Shown here piece after piece: positions 29,458-38,505 of a stretch of DNA of 64,000 bases. The notes beneath the pieces are model-generated. The model searched no databases and was not told the DNA's origin. It saw only the letters and a program-made list of their open reading frames with translations. The position numbers and the translations under genes are program-made. The stretch is from Bacteroidales bacterium (GTDB lineage Bacteria; Bacteroidota; Bacteroidia; Bacteroidales; WCHB1-69): positions 8,606 through 72,605 of the forward strand of contig JBLJBB010000048.1 of assembly GCA_047638115.1 (NCBI GenBank), written 5' to 3'. Each line of letters starts with the position of its first letter. The first letter of the stretch is position 1.

Positions 29458-30082
29458 CATCCGTTTCCAGATTTTGAGGTTGATCAGTTTTGTGGGCTGG
29501 GAAAAACCTTTTATTAAAAATGATAATACTAAAAACACCGATGGTCACACAAGAATCTGCAATGTTGAAAATGGCAGGAAAAAAGTGAGATCCTCCCCAT
29601 AATGGGATCCAATCGGGAATTTTAAACAATGGAAAATAAAACATATCTACAACGTGTCCCATCATAAACGGAGCGTAGTCATAAATAATGCCATAAAACA
29701 GACTATCAATGATGTTGCCAATGGCTCCAGCAATAATTAAGGAGAAAGTTCCCACAATTACAAAGTCAGCTTTTTTATTTTTTATGATTTTAATTAGATA
29801 ATAGATAAGAAAGCTAACGACACCTATCCGAATGAGAGTAAGTAAAATTTTCCCCAAAGATTTTCCGAAGCTGATCCCAAAAGCCATCCCTTCATTTTCA
29901 ACAAAATAGAAGAGGAACCAGTTTCCAATAACGCTAAACATTTCACCAATTTGCATATTTGACTTTACCCAAACCTTAAGAAATTGGTCTGTGACAACAA
30001 ATAAGAGAATAATTGAAATTGATAAAATGGTGTATTTATTCCACTTTTTCACGCTATTTTTTTTCATTAACTTTAGCATCAA
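29435..30082 (-). CDS. lspA: Lipoprotein signal peptidase II
   Basis: ENEGMAFG and FNIADS motifs, four TMs. The start is uncertain (Met 1, 2 or 6). Confidence 0.85.
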   Translation of the reverse strand: MMLKLMKKNSVKKWNKYTILSISIILLFVVTDQFLKVWVKSNMQIGEMFSVIGNWFLFYFVENEGMAFGISFGKSLGKILLTLIRIGVVSFLIYYLIKIIKNKKADFVIVGTFSLIIAGAIGNIIDSLFYGIIYDYAPFMMGHVVDMFYFPLFKIPDWIPLWGGSHFFPAIFNIADSCVTIGVFSIIIFNKRFFPAHKTDQPQNLETDATPSQQE

Positions 30083-30437
30083 AACTTAGTGTAGCATGAG
30101 GAACACTTTTAAGTCTCTCTTTAGCAATAAGTTCACCTGTAACCCGGCAAATACCATAAGTTTTGTTTTCAATTCTAACCAAAGCCGCTTCAAGGTTTTT
30201 GATATATTTATCTAAACGACTTGCCAGTTTACTATTTTCTTCTTTTGATAGAACTTGGTTTCCCTCTTCAAGAATTTTAAAAGTTGGCGAAGTGTCAGTA
30301 GTGTCATTTCCTGCGTTGCTATACGCTTCTAAATAAACATCTAAACCTTTTTTGGCTTCTAGAATTTTGCCTTCAATCAAGATGCGGAATTCTTCTAATT
30401 CCTCATCTGAGTATCTGTTTACAACTTTTTCTGACAT
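30054..30437 (-). CDS. DksA/TraR-family regulator (Cys-poor variant)
   Basis: MSEKVVNRYSDEELEEF... coiled coil, then YGICRVTGELI...VPHATL. Only one Cys sits where CxxC...CxxC is usual. The tracked 206-aa ORF is trimmed to Met80 because its upstream part is antisense to the tRNA. Confidence 0.75.
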   Translation of the reverse strand: MSEKVVNRYSDEELEEFRILIEGKILEAKKGLDVYLEAYSNAGNDTTDTSPTFKILEEGNQVLSKEENSKLASRLDKYIKNLEAALVRIENKTYGICRVTGELIAKERLKSVPHATLSFDAKVNEKK

Positions 30438-30493
30438 GGCAGTGTTTTTATTGATTAGAGTGCAAAGATAATAAAAAATCAAATACAAAGTTG

Positions 30494-30501
30494 TATCTTT
30501 G
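30494..30501 (+). promoter_or_regulatory. -7 box (TAnnTTTG) upstream of tRNA-Arg
   Basis: tatctttg, 14 nt upstream of the tRNA 5' end. Confidence 0.5.
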
Positions 30502-30514
30502 CAGTTATAATTAT

Positions 30515-30588
30515 GGCTCCGTAGTTCAGCTGAATAGAACGTCAGATTCCGGTTCTGAAGGTCGTGGGTTTGAATCCCGCCGGAGTCA
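30515..30588 (+). tRNA. tRNA-Arg (anticodon CCG)
   Basis: Hand-folded cloverleaf. Acceptor GGCTCCG/CGGAGTC, D stem GTTC/GAAC, anticodon stem TCAGA/TCTGA with loop TTCCGGT, T stem GTGGG/CCCGC with loop TTTGAAT. 74 nt. Confidence 0.9.
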
Positions 30589-30602
30589 CAAAACCTCTTA
30601 AA

Positions 30603-30845
30603 ATGAGAAAAATAGCACAACTTTTTGCACAAATAATAGGAGGGGTTTTTATACTTATAATCCGAATTTATCAATTTGCACTTTCACCTTTTTTTGGTAA
30701 AAGTTGCAGATTTACTCCAACATGTTCGGTTTATGGAGTTGAGGCAATCAAAAAGCATGGGCCTTTAAAAGGGGGTTGGTTAACACTCAGAAGGATTATA
30801 AGATGTAATCCCTGGGGTGGTAGTGGGTATGATCCAGTACCTTAA
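30603..30845 (+). CDS. yidD: Membrane protein insertion efficiency factor YidD
   Basis: [34 protein letters not shown]... Start trimmed to the ATG at 30603, downstream of the tRNA. Confidence 0.9.
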   Translation: MRKIAQLFAQIIGGVFILIIRIYQFALSPFFGKSCRFTPTCSVYGVEAIKKHGPLKGGWLTLRRIIRCNPWGGSGYDPVP

Positions 30846-30848
30846 AAC

Positions 30849-31739
30849 TTAATTCTCAAAATATCCAAAACGTTTCATCATTAAATCTTGATTTCTCCAA
30901 TCTTTTAAAACTTTAACAGAGAGTTCTAAATAGACTTGTTTGCCAAGAAATTCTTCAATAGATGCACGAGAATCAATCCCTAATCGTTTGATAGCGCTAC
31001 CTTTATTTCCAATCAAGATACCCTTTTGAGTGTCTCTTTCACAGTATAACATAGCACTCATCCGTATAATATCTTCACTCTCTTTAAAACTTTCTACAAC
31101 TACTTCAACACTATAAGGGATCTCTTTTTTATATAACAATAAGATTTTCTCTCTTATAATCTCAGAAATAAAAAAACGAACGGGTTTATCTGTTAATTCG
31201 TCTTTTGGAAAAAAAGGAGGAGAAATAGGTAATTGTTCTACAATCCTTTCTAAAAGTAAATCTATGTTGATTTTTTTAAGTGCAGAAATGTTGATCCATT
31301 CCGCTTTTGGTAATAGTTCTGACCAAAATGTTGTGGTTTCAAGAAGTACTTCTTTGGTTGATTTATCAACTTTATTTAATACCAAAAGTATGGGAATGTT
31401 TGTGTTTTGTAATCTTTCAATAATGGTTTCATTATAATTCTTTTCACCACCTTCTATCATATAAAGAATCAAGTCGGCATCCTTAAGTGCTTCATTTACA
31501 AAACGCATCATCATCTCCTGCATTTTATAAGCTGGACTTAAGACACCCGGCAAATCTGAATATACAATTTGAAAATCTTCACCATTCACAATCCCTTTAA
31601 TTCTGTGCCTTGTTGTTTGTGCTTTAGGAGTAATTATGGATAATTTTTCTCCAACAAGAAGATTCATGAGTGTGCTTTTACCAACATTTGGGTTGCCAAT
31701 AATGTTTACAAAACCGGCTTTATGTGTGTTTTCTGTCAT
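30849..31739 (-). CDS. era: GTPase Era
   Basis: GFVNIIGNPNVGKSTLMN, DLPG, NKVD, C-terminal KH domain. Confidence 0.95.
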   Translation of the reverse strand: MTENTHKAGFVNIIGNPNVGKSTLMNLLVGEKLSIITPKAQTTRHRIKGIVNGEDFQIVYSDLPGVLSPAYKMQEMMMRFVNEALKDADLILYMIEGGEKNYNETIIERLQNTNIPILLVLNKVDKSTKEVLLETTTFWSELLPKAEWINISALKKINIDLLLERIVEQLPISPPFFPKDELTDKPVRFFISEIIREKILLLYKKEIPYSVEVVVESFKESEDIIRMSAMLYCERDTQKGILIGNKGSAIKRLGIDSRASIEEFLGKQVYLELSVKVLKDWRNQDLMMKRFGYFEN

Positions 31740-31765
31740 TTTTTTGTTTTTATTTATTGAAGTGG

Positions 31766-32215
31766 TTATACATTATCAGATGCATACCACTCTGCAAAAG
31801 AGTTTTCTGTTTCTTTGAGTTTTAGAGAATATAAATGCACCTCTTTGGGAAGTATAGAACCAATTTTTTCAGAAAGATAACAAAGCATATTTTCTGTAGT
31901 AGGTTGAAAAGGTACAATGATTATTCTTTCGTAACTCTCTTTCAAAAGTGCAATTAAATCTGGATTTGTGGTTTCATTAAGCATCAAAGCATGATCCCAA
32001 ACGTCCACAATTTCTGTGTTTATCAATCTTTTTAAATCTGTAAAATCAATCAGCATCCCTTTTTTAGGGGAGAAAGAATCACTTACCGGGTTTCCAACAA
32101 CCGTAACTTCAAGATGGTAAGTGTGACCATGAATATTTTTACAAAGACCATCATAACTATCCAAAGCGTGTGCCATGGCATAGGTAAAAACTTTTGTTAA
32201 TCGAATTGTAGCCAT
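31766..32215 (-). CDS. queD: 6-carboxy-5,6,7,8-tetrahydropterin synthase
   Basis: CKNIHGHTYHLEV motif; 149 aa PTPS fold. Confidence 0.85.
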   Translation of the reverse strand: MATIRLTKVFTYAMAHALDSYDGLCKNIHGHTYHLEVTVVGNPVSDSFSPKKGMLIDFTDLKRLINTEIVDVWDHALMLNETTNPDLIALLKESYERIIIVPFQPTTENMLCYLSEKIGSILPKEVHLYSLKLKETENSFAEWYASDNV

Positions 32216-32217
32216 AA

Positions 32218-33300
32218 TTATTGAACAATTAATTTGGTTGATTTTATCCCTTCAAGATATTGAAAATGAACAATATAAACTCCTTTTGGAAGTTCGGAAA
32301 TATCTACCTTTGATGGATGATTCGTAACATCTACACTTTTTAATTTATTTCCTAAAATATCAAGTATGGAGAGTGTAATATTCTGATATTCAATTAAATT
32401 AATGTCGTAAAATAGATTTAATGTGGTCGTTGCAGGATTGGTAAAGGTGATTTTGGGGATCATATTTTCTGATTCTTGAATTGAAGATGGGAGAAACAGA
32501 TTCACGGAATCGGCTCCATATATTTTCCCAACCAATTCAGGATAATCAATAAATGGATTTCTATTCCCTTGTTTTTCGTAAACAGCATTGTTCCGATTGA
32601 TCTCTTTTTGACTCACAGGATCAAGGGTGTGCCATTGAATCAATAGAGCAACTGCCCAAGGTTTTAATGAGCCATTGGTATACATTGAAGTGGTTGCTTG
32701 TCCTAAATTTTTATCCATGTAACACACAGACATATAAAACAAAGCTCTGGCAAAATCACCTTTGTAGTCATCGATAGGTTCAAAAACGGTACCTGTGTAT
32801 CCAGAAACGGCACTTGAACCCAATTTTGAACCATTATCACTTGTCCAAGAGGCACTATTAACATCTCCAAAAGGATAATTACTTCTTCTGTTGTTTACAT
32901 ATCCATCAGTAGGAACGAGATGAAACAGATCACTGTACATAGGTGATGCATCATTGAACCAACTGGCAGGCACACTATGTTCCCGATTATAGCAATCTCC
33001 TTCACCAGAGTAACTTCCACATTGATTAGAAACGAAAGTAAATTCATAAGGGGGTGTTTGGTTAGGAATATCAGAATACATATCCCAGACTTTACCATTT
33101 GGTTTCACATCTGTAGTTTGAAAAGCGGTCCATAATCCAGCATAAGAAATGGTAGTATGGCTCTTTATGATATTATATAAAGCGTATCTCAACGCATAAC
33201 CTTTCTTATTTTGAGCATTAGTGTAGTATCCAGCGGGGATCTGACCAAAGATGTAACATGCAGAAAAAAAGAGTATTAAAGCAAAAAATAGTTTTTTCAT
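32218..33300 (-). CDS. Secreted endonuclease I family nuclease with T9SS C-terminal sorting domain
   Basis: NREHSVPASWF and GNRNPFIDYPE (endonuclease I). CTD ...GVYIVHFQYLEGIKSTKLIVQ. Confidence 0.8.
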   Translation of the reverse strand: MKKLFFALILFFSACYIFGQIPAGYYTNAQNKKGYALRYALYNIIKSHTTISYAGLWTAFQTTDVKPNGKVWDMYSDIPNQTPPYEFTFVSNQCGSYSGEGDCYNREHSVPASWFNDASPMYSDLFHLVPTDGYVNNRRSNYPFGDVNSASWTSDNGSKLGSSAVSGYTGTVFEPIDDYKGDFARALFYMSVCYMDKNLGQATTSMYTNGSLKPWAVALLIQWHTLDPVSQKEINRNNAVYEKQGNRNPFIDYPELVGKIYGADSVNLFLPSSIQESENMIPKITFTNPATTTLNLFYDINLIEYQNITLSILDILGNKLKSVDVTNHPSKVDISELPKGVYIVHFQYLEGIKSTKLIVQ

Positions 33301-33353
33301 AAGTTGTTTTATTTAACCTGCAAAAATACAAAATAATTTGCTATTACTTTTTT

Positions 33354-33500
33354 GGGCATTCCGGCACCATCCATCCCACAGGCCAGCCCTGCTGCCGTCG
33401 GGCTTGTTCCGGGGTTCGCTTCGCTCCCGTACTTCGCTGCACTTCACTTCGTTCGTTCCAGCTCGTACCGCCTACGGCGCCCTCCACATCCCTAATGCAA
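33354..33500 (+). repeat. G+C-rich interspersed element, copy R2
   Basis: gggcattccggc...gccgtcgggcttgttccggggttcgcttcgctcccgt...ccgcctacggcgccctccacatccctaatgc. Alignable by eye with R1, R3(rc) and R4(rc). Confidence 0.85.
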
Positions 33501-33503
33501 AAG

Positions 33504-33698
33504 ATGTTAAGTTGCTCTTTTAATAAAACCTTAGAGAACCGCGAAGGATTTCTTCAGGTAAAAGGTGGAAAAGTTTGATGAAGTAACGGAAAACACTTTA
33601 ATGAAGTACAAAAATTTAATTCCAGAAGCTCAGTCAGTCATCATTAAAGGAGCAGCTCACATGACGATGCAAGATAATCCAGGAGAGAACAATGCAGC
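33504..33698 (+). repeat. 195-bp perfect direct repeat, left copy
   Basis: Base-for-base identical to 39031-39225, compared by eye over all lines. Confidence 0.9.
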
Positions 33699-33726
33699 AA
33701 TTTCATCTTTTCTAGTATTGGATTAA
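33504..33726 (+). pseudogene. Alpha/beta-hydrolase remnant, copy A (lacks start, carries the internal-deletion junction)
   Basis: 33504-33698 is identical to 39031-39225. The tail encodes ...IPEAQSVIIKGAAHMTMQDNPGENNAAISSFLVLD*. Confidence 0.8.
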
Positions 33727-34110
33727 AAAACTATATTAGAGATGGCGCTGCCACCCTCTCCAATTTGAATATGTTTCGTATCGAAGAGCCGATGCTAAGA
33801 AAAATGAAGAGTGAAAAATGTTTAGATTTTTTTTTAAATAAAAATTAATTCGTTTTCATTTGCGCATTAGAGACTAATAATTTTATTCTAAAGAGTTTTA
33901 ACCGCAAAGTTCGCAAAGAAATAAGCCATGAATTCAAGAATTAAAATTAGTATTTAAAATTTAGCAATTGTGCAAATTATTTTATAGTCTATCATTTGTG
34001 TGATAAAAATCGGCTTGGTTCTAAGAAAACAGAAATCGAATATTCAACAATTTGAATATTAAAACTAAAAAAAAACAAACAACATACAATTGATAGACCA
34101 TAATTCGAAG

Positions 34111-34141
34111 GACCACGGACTACGAACTACGGACTACGGAC
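34111..34141. repeat. Heptamer tandem array GAC(T/C)ACG x ~4.4
   Basis: gaccacg gactacg aactacg gactacg gac. The same unit recurs at 40707-40737. Confidence 0.85.
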
Positions 34142-34165
34142 ACAAAATTAACAAAATACAAAACT

Positions 34166-34193
34166 GATAGCCGATAGCTGACAGCTGAAAGCC
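34166..34193. repeat. Heptamer tandem array GA(T/C/A)AGC(C/T) x4
   Basis: gatagcc gatagct gacagct gaaagcc. Confidence 0.8.
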
Positions 34194-34228
34194 CTTTAGC
34201 CATTCGCCCTTAACCTTGCGCCTGCTTT

Positions 34229-34406
34229 GCGTTAGGGATTTGAAGGGCGCCGAAGGCGGTGCGAGCTGGAATGAGCGCCGCTTTTCAATTGGTGATTGGA
34301 TGATACTTGTTTAAGCGAAATGGAGCGAAGCACGGGAGCGAAGCGCACCCCGGAAAAGCCCGACGGCGGTGGGTGGGATTGTGGAAGGATGATCGCCGGA
34401 ACGCCC
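34229..34406 (-). repeat. G+C-rich interspersed element, copy R3 (inverted)
   Basis: The reverse complement reads gggcgttccggc...atcccacccaccgccgtcgggc...cgcttcgctcccgtgcttcgct...caccgccttcggcgcccttcaaatccctaacgc. Confidence 0.85.
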
Positions 34407-34425
34407 ATATAATAAAAAAAAAGAT

Positions 34426-34433
34426 TATTTTTG
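34426..34433 (+). promoter_or_regulatory. -7 box (TAnnTTTG) upstream of the 481-aa gene
   Basis: tatttttg, 35 nt upstream of the ATG at 34468. Confidence 0.45.
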
Positions 34434-34467
34434 CACTTAGAAATATTACCTTAAAAAACTAAACAAA

Positions 34468-35913
34468 ATGGCTAAAAAACAATCAATTCTGTACGAAAAG
34501 AATTCTAGTCCTGAAAGCTATATTAAGACTAGATCGAGAACCATTCCCATTTATGAAACATATATCAATTACGGATGGAAGGAAGATGGGTATGCATCAA
34601 TATTTATCTCACGAAAACATTCGAATGGAAACTTTACATTGGTTATATATAATGTTGATATTTTGTGTGTAGGTGTTCAGGACACTTATTATGCCTTTAA
34701 TATTACTGATTCTAAATATAGAGAGATCCTTGAAAAAAGAAGAAAAGACGTTGAACTAGAAAAAATCGAATATGTTTTAGCCCATAATATCATTTATGGA
34801 GCTGTTGAATATGCTGAAAGTCTGGGGATACCACAATACAAAGATTTTAATAGAATAACTAAATATTTCTTAGAAGAGGATTCAGAGGATATTGAACTTA
34901 TTGAAATAGAGTTTGGTCGTGATGGAAAACCTTTCTTTATTGGTTACGATTTTTACAACCCTATTCAGATTCAAAATATAATCAAACAACTTGAAAAATC
35001 AGTGGGTGTAGGTAATTTTGATTTTATGCTTGAAGCAGATTTTGATGAAGATGAAGAGTTGGAGGATGAAGAGAATGAAGATGTTGATGATGACGAGTAT
35101 GAAGAGATGGATGATGATGTGGATCAAGAAAAGATTAATGAAAAAAACGAGTATTATAAACAACTCACTCCTAATGAGCGGGCTGAATTGTTTTTAAATT
35201 TAATAAATCAAGAGGATGTCTCACCTCACAAAGATCATATGGAGAGTATTTTATTACTTACTAACACCATTTATGATTATGATCTAACAACTAAAGAACA
35301 GAAGGAATCCCTTATTTCAAAATGGAACCATGATTTGAATATTCAGATAGACGATGGTGTACTCGTTGAATCAATGCAATTGAGTCCAAATGATGACTTG
35401 GATCATTTTTTAGACATCGTAGATCTGATTACTGTTGAATTGGAATCGGAAGAGGAAAAAGTGAGTTCAAACGTAAAAAAATTGGTTAAGAAACATCTTG
35501 ATAATCCCTATTTCTGTTATTTTGATACAAAAATATCTGAAAAAGAGGGAGCTGGTTCAAGATATCACAATAAATTAAATAAATATTGTTCGCAGTTTCC
35601 TGATTATCCATTGCTAAAAATTGAACATTTTAGAGCACAATTTAGGAAAGGAATAAAACCAGATATTCAGGAACTATTACCAAGTAAAATATTTTATGGG
35701 AAGGAAGCGATCACATCCTTTGAAATGTATCAATATCTGTTAGTAAAAATGATTTCTGAGTGTCCGCCACATGAGTTTAATTCTTTAAGTGCCCTAGAGG
35801 AGTGGGTGTTATCATTGCCTCTTCAAGAAGAATATGTAGTGAAGTATTTGATGCTCAGTAAATTGCTAAAAATGGAATATTTACTAATCCATCTTGACCC
35901 CGAAGAAGAATAA
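34468..35913 (+). CDS. Hypothetical protein with a central poly-acidic linker
   Basis: 481 aa with an EADFDEDEELEDEENEDVDDDEYEEMDDDVD tract between two globular-looking halves. No motif recognised. Confidence 0.6.
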   Translation: MAKKQSILYEKNSSPESYIKTRSRTIPIYETYINYGWKEDGYASIFISRKHSNGNFTLVIYNVDILCVGVQDTYYAFNITDSKYREILEKRRKDVELEKIEYVLAHNIIYGAVEYAESLGIPQYKDFNRITKYFLEEDSEDIELIEIEFGRDGKPFFIGYDFYNPIQIQNIIKQLEKSVGVGNFDFMLEADFDEDEELEDEENEDVDDDEYEEMDDDVDQEKINEKNEYYKQLTPNERAELFLNLINQEDVSPHKDHMESILLLTNTIYDYDLTTKEQKESLISKWNHDLNIQIDDGVLVESMQLSPNDDLDHFLDIVDLITVELESEEEKVSSNVKKLVKKHLDNPYFCYFDTKISEKEGAGSRYHNKLNKYCSQFPDYPLLKIEHFRAQFRKGIKPDIQELLPSKIFYGKEAITSFEMYQYLLVKMISECPPHEFNSLSALEEWVLSLPLQEEYVVKYLMLSKLLKMEYLLIHLDPEEE

Positions 35914-36045
35914 ACAAATGAAAATTTTGACTAGAGACAAGGGACTAAAGATTAGGAATATGGATAACAACAATTTTTTTAAATGAGATATATAAAATTA
36001 GGTGCCAGTTGATCACTAAAATGTTTAAAATGAAATGGTTTTATT

Positions 36046-36726
36046 ATGAAAATTCTTATTATTGAAGATCAAGCTGAACTTCTTGATTCAATTTATAATG
36101 CATTAACGAAAGAAAATTTTATTTGTGAAATCGTTGAGACAAAGCGAAAAGCTGAATATAAGATATATACATTTGATTATGATATACTTATTGTGGATAT
36201 TAATCTCCCCGATGGTTCAGGATTAGATATTATAAAACAAATAAAAAACATAAATAGTCGTGTTGGAGTAATTATTATTTCTGCCAGAAACTCTTTAAAT
36301 CATAAAATTGAAGGATTGGAAATAGGTGCTGATGATTATATTACAAAACCTTTTGATATGTCAGAATTGATAGCTCGGGTTAAATCATTGATTAGAAGAC
36401 GTAAGTTTAGTGGTGAAGAGCGGGTAACCTTTGGAAATATTACTATAAATACTTCAAAAAGAGAGGTTTTTGTTGATGAAATATTAGTGGATCTTACTAA
36501 AAGTGAATACCAAATATTGCTATTTTTCTTTTCAAATCCTAATAGAGTCATCTCTAAAGAAACCATAGCAGAACATATTTGGGGAGATAATATGGATATC
36601 TCTGATTCTTTCGACTTTATTTATTCCCATATCAAAAATCTAAGAAAAAAAATTGTTCCCAAAGGGGAAGTAAATCCTATAAAAGTAGTATATGGTATTG
36701 GTTATAAATTTGAAACAATCATTTAA
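36046..36726 (+). CDS. OmpR/PhoB-type response regulator
   Basis: MKILIIEDQ...DILIVDINLPDGSG receiver. Winged-helix C-terminus ...VYGIGYKF. Confidence 0.9.
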   Translation: MKILIIEDQAELLDSIYNALTKENFICEIVETKRKAEYKIYTFDYDILIVDINLPDGSGLDIIKQIKNINSRVGVIIISARNSLNHKIEGLEIGADDYITKPFDMSELIARVKSLIRRRKFSGEERVTFGNITINTSKREVFVDEILVDLTKSEYQILLFFFSNPNRVISKETIAEHIWGDNMDISDSFDFIYSHIKNLRKKIVPKGEVNPIKVVYGIGYKFETII

Positions 36727-37953
36727 ATGAAACTTTTAACGAAAACCAACCGGTTGTCATTTATTTGGATCATTCCTGTTATTATTATAGGAAGTTTATT
36801 TTGTTATTATATGATTCAATATATAGTTTACGAAGAAGCTGATGAATATTTGAAATATGAAATGAATCGAATTGTAGCTTATTATAATGAATTTGAGGAT
36901 CTTCCAGACAATCATTCAGTTGTTACTATAATTGATGATTTAAAATATGATAAACCTAAATTTAAAGACACTTTGATCTTAGAAACAGAAGATAATGAGA
37001 TGGTTCCTTATCGAGAATTATACTTCACAATACAACATAAAGGGATCTATAAAACCATATTATTAAGACATTTACTGGTTGGGAACGACGATATTTTTGA
37101 AGGTACAATATTTATTATTATTGGTTTAATTTTACTGATTACAAGTGCATTTTTATTCATGACGAATTACACCTCTCAAAAAGTGTGGAAACCTTTTTAT
37201 GATACTTTACACAAAATTGTAGGATATAAAACCAACGATTCCATTCCAAATTTCGAAAAAACATCAATTGATGAATTTAATAGTTTAAATCAAACACTTG
37301 AGAACTTACTAAATAAAATCCAGAGTGATTTTAAAAGAACCAAAGAGTTCAATGAAAATGCATCTCATGAGTTACAAACACATTTATCTGTAATTAGGGC
37401 AAATTCAGAATTGTTATTAAATGATGCTGATTTTAAAAATCATCAAATTATTGAAAAGATTTTTCAAACAACCCTTAAACTTTCAAGAACTCAAAGTTCT
37501 TTGTTGTTGCTAAGTAAAATTGGTAATCAAGAGTTTAGTAATCAAGATCGGGTAAATTTTAAAGAATCTATTGATTCTTCTTTAGCTCTTTTTATGGAAT
37601 TAATTCATATCAGAAAGATTAATTTAGAACTTTCTCTAAAAGATTGTTTTACAATAATTGATTCTGGATTAGCTGAAATTTTGATCAATAATTTAATCAA
37701 AAATGCTGTTAAACACAATATTGAAGGTGGGTTTATCTCAATATCTACCACCACCAACACAATCTGTATAGAAAATAGTGGAAACTATTATACACAATTT
37801 CCAAATCAACTTATGGAGCGGTTTCAAACTGGATACCAAGGAAATATGGGTATAGGGTTGGCGATTGTTAAACAAATTTGCGATTTATATAACTTTAAGA
37901 TCTTCTATAATATATCTGAGAATAATGTTCATCGTTTTGAAATTATTTTGTAA
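36727..37953 (+). CDS. Sensor histidine kinase
   Basis: Two TMs, H-box NASHELQTHLS, N-box LINNLIKNAVKHN, G-box GNMGIGLAIV. Abuts the regulator gene. Confidence 0.88.
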   Translation: MKLLTKTNRLSFIWIIPVIIIGSLFCYYMIQYIVYEEADEYLKYEMNRIVAYYNEFEDLPDNHSVVTIIDDLKYDKPKFKDTLILETEDNEMVPYRELYFTIQHKGIYKTILLRHLLVGNDDIFEGTIFIIIGLILLITSAFLFMTNYTSQKVWKPFYDTLHKIVGYKTNDSIPNFEKTSIDEFNSLNQTLENLLNKIQSDFKRTKEFNENASHELQTHLSVIRANSELLLNDADFKNHQIIEKIFQTTLKLSRTQSSLLLLSKIGNQEFSNQDRVNFKESIDSSLALFMELIHIRKINLELSLKDCFTIIDSGLAEILINNLIKNAVKHNIEGGFISISTTTNTICIENSGNYYTQFPNQLMERFQTGYQGNMGIGLAIVKQICDLYNFKIFYNISENNVHRFEIIL

Positions 37954-38073
37954 AAAGAAGAAATTCAGAATTTCTACAAAATCATAGTTTACTTTTGTCC
38001 CATAAAGATTGAAAACAATCGAGGAGGTTACTGAAAATCCTAAAAAGAGTAAGACAAAAATAAACAAATAATC

Positions 38074-38499
38074 ATGAAAAAACTATTTTTAATTTTAACC
38101 ACGATTATCCTTTTAACAGGATGTGAAAAAGAAACGATTATTCAAGGCAATCAAGTTCCTGAAAAAATTAAAACCTATTTGGAAACCCATTTTTTAAATT
38201 ACTCTGTTTTGCAACTACTTGAAGATAGAGAAGGGTTTAATTTAACATACGATGTTACCTTAGAACAAGGTTATTTTCTTGAATTTAACAGGAAAATGGA
38301 AATTATTGAAGTCACAGGAACACAAACTATTCCACATTCTGTAATTCCATCTGTTATTTTAACTTATGTTCAAACTCATTTTGTAGAAGAATCTATACTC
38401 TCTTGGGATTTAAGTGATAGAATTCAAGAAGTAACTTTAGATAATGGATTGCAATTGGAATTTGACAAAGAGGGAAATTTTTTAAGAATTGATAACTAA
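38074..38499 (+). CDS. PepSY-like (DUF2874-type) lipoprotein
   Basis: Lipobox LLTGC. Two repeats of the P..I..Y....F...........Y.V.L..G..LEF pattern. Confidence 0.6.
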   Translation: MKKLFLILTTIILLTGCEKETIIQGNQVPEKIKTYLETHFLNYSVLQLLEDREGFNLTYDVTLEQGYFLEFNRKMEIIEVTGTQTIPHSVIPSVILTYVQTHFVEESILSWDLSDRIQEVTLDNGLQLEFDKEGNFLRIDN

Positions 38500-38505
38500 A
38501 AAACT

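Noticed and set aside
30438-30674. N-terminal 79 codons of the tracked 206-aa ORF 30054-30674
   Set aside because: This part is antisense to tRNA-Arg (30515-30588) and its promoter, and its peptide is low-complexity and Cys/Tyr-rich. The DksA-like homology begins at Met80 (ATG at 30437).
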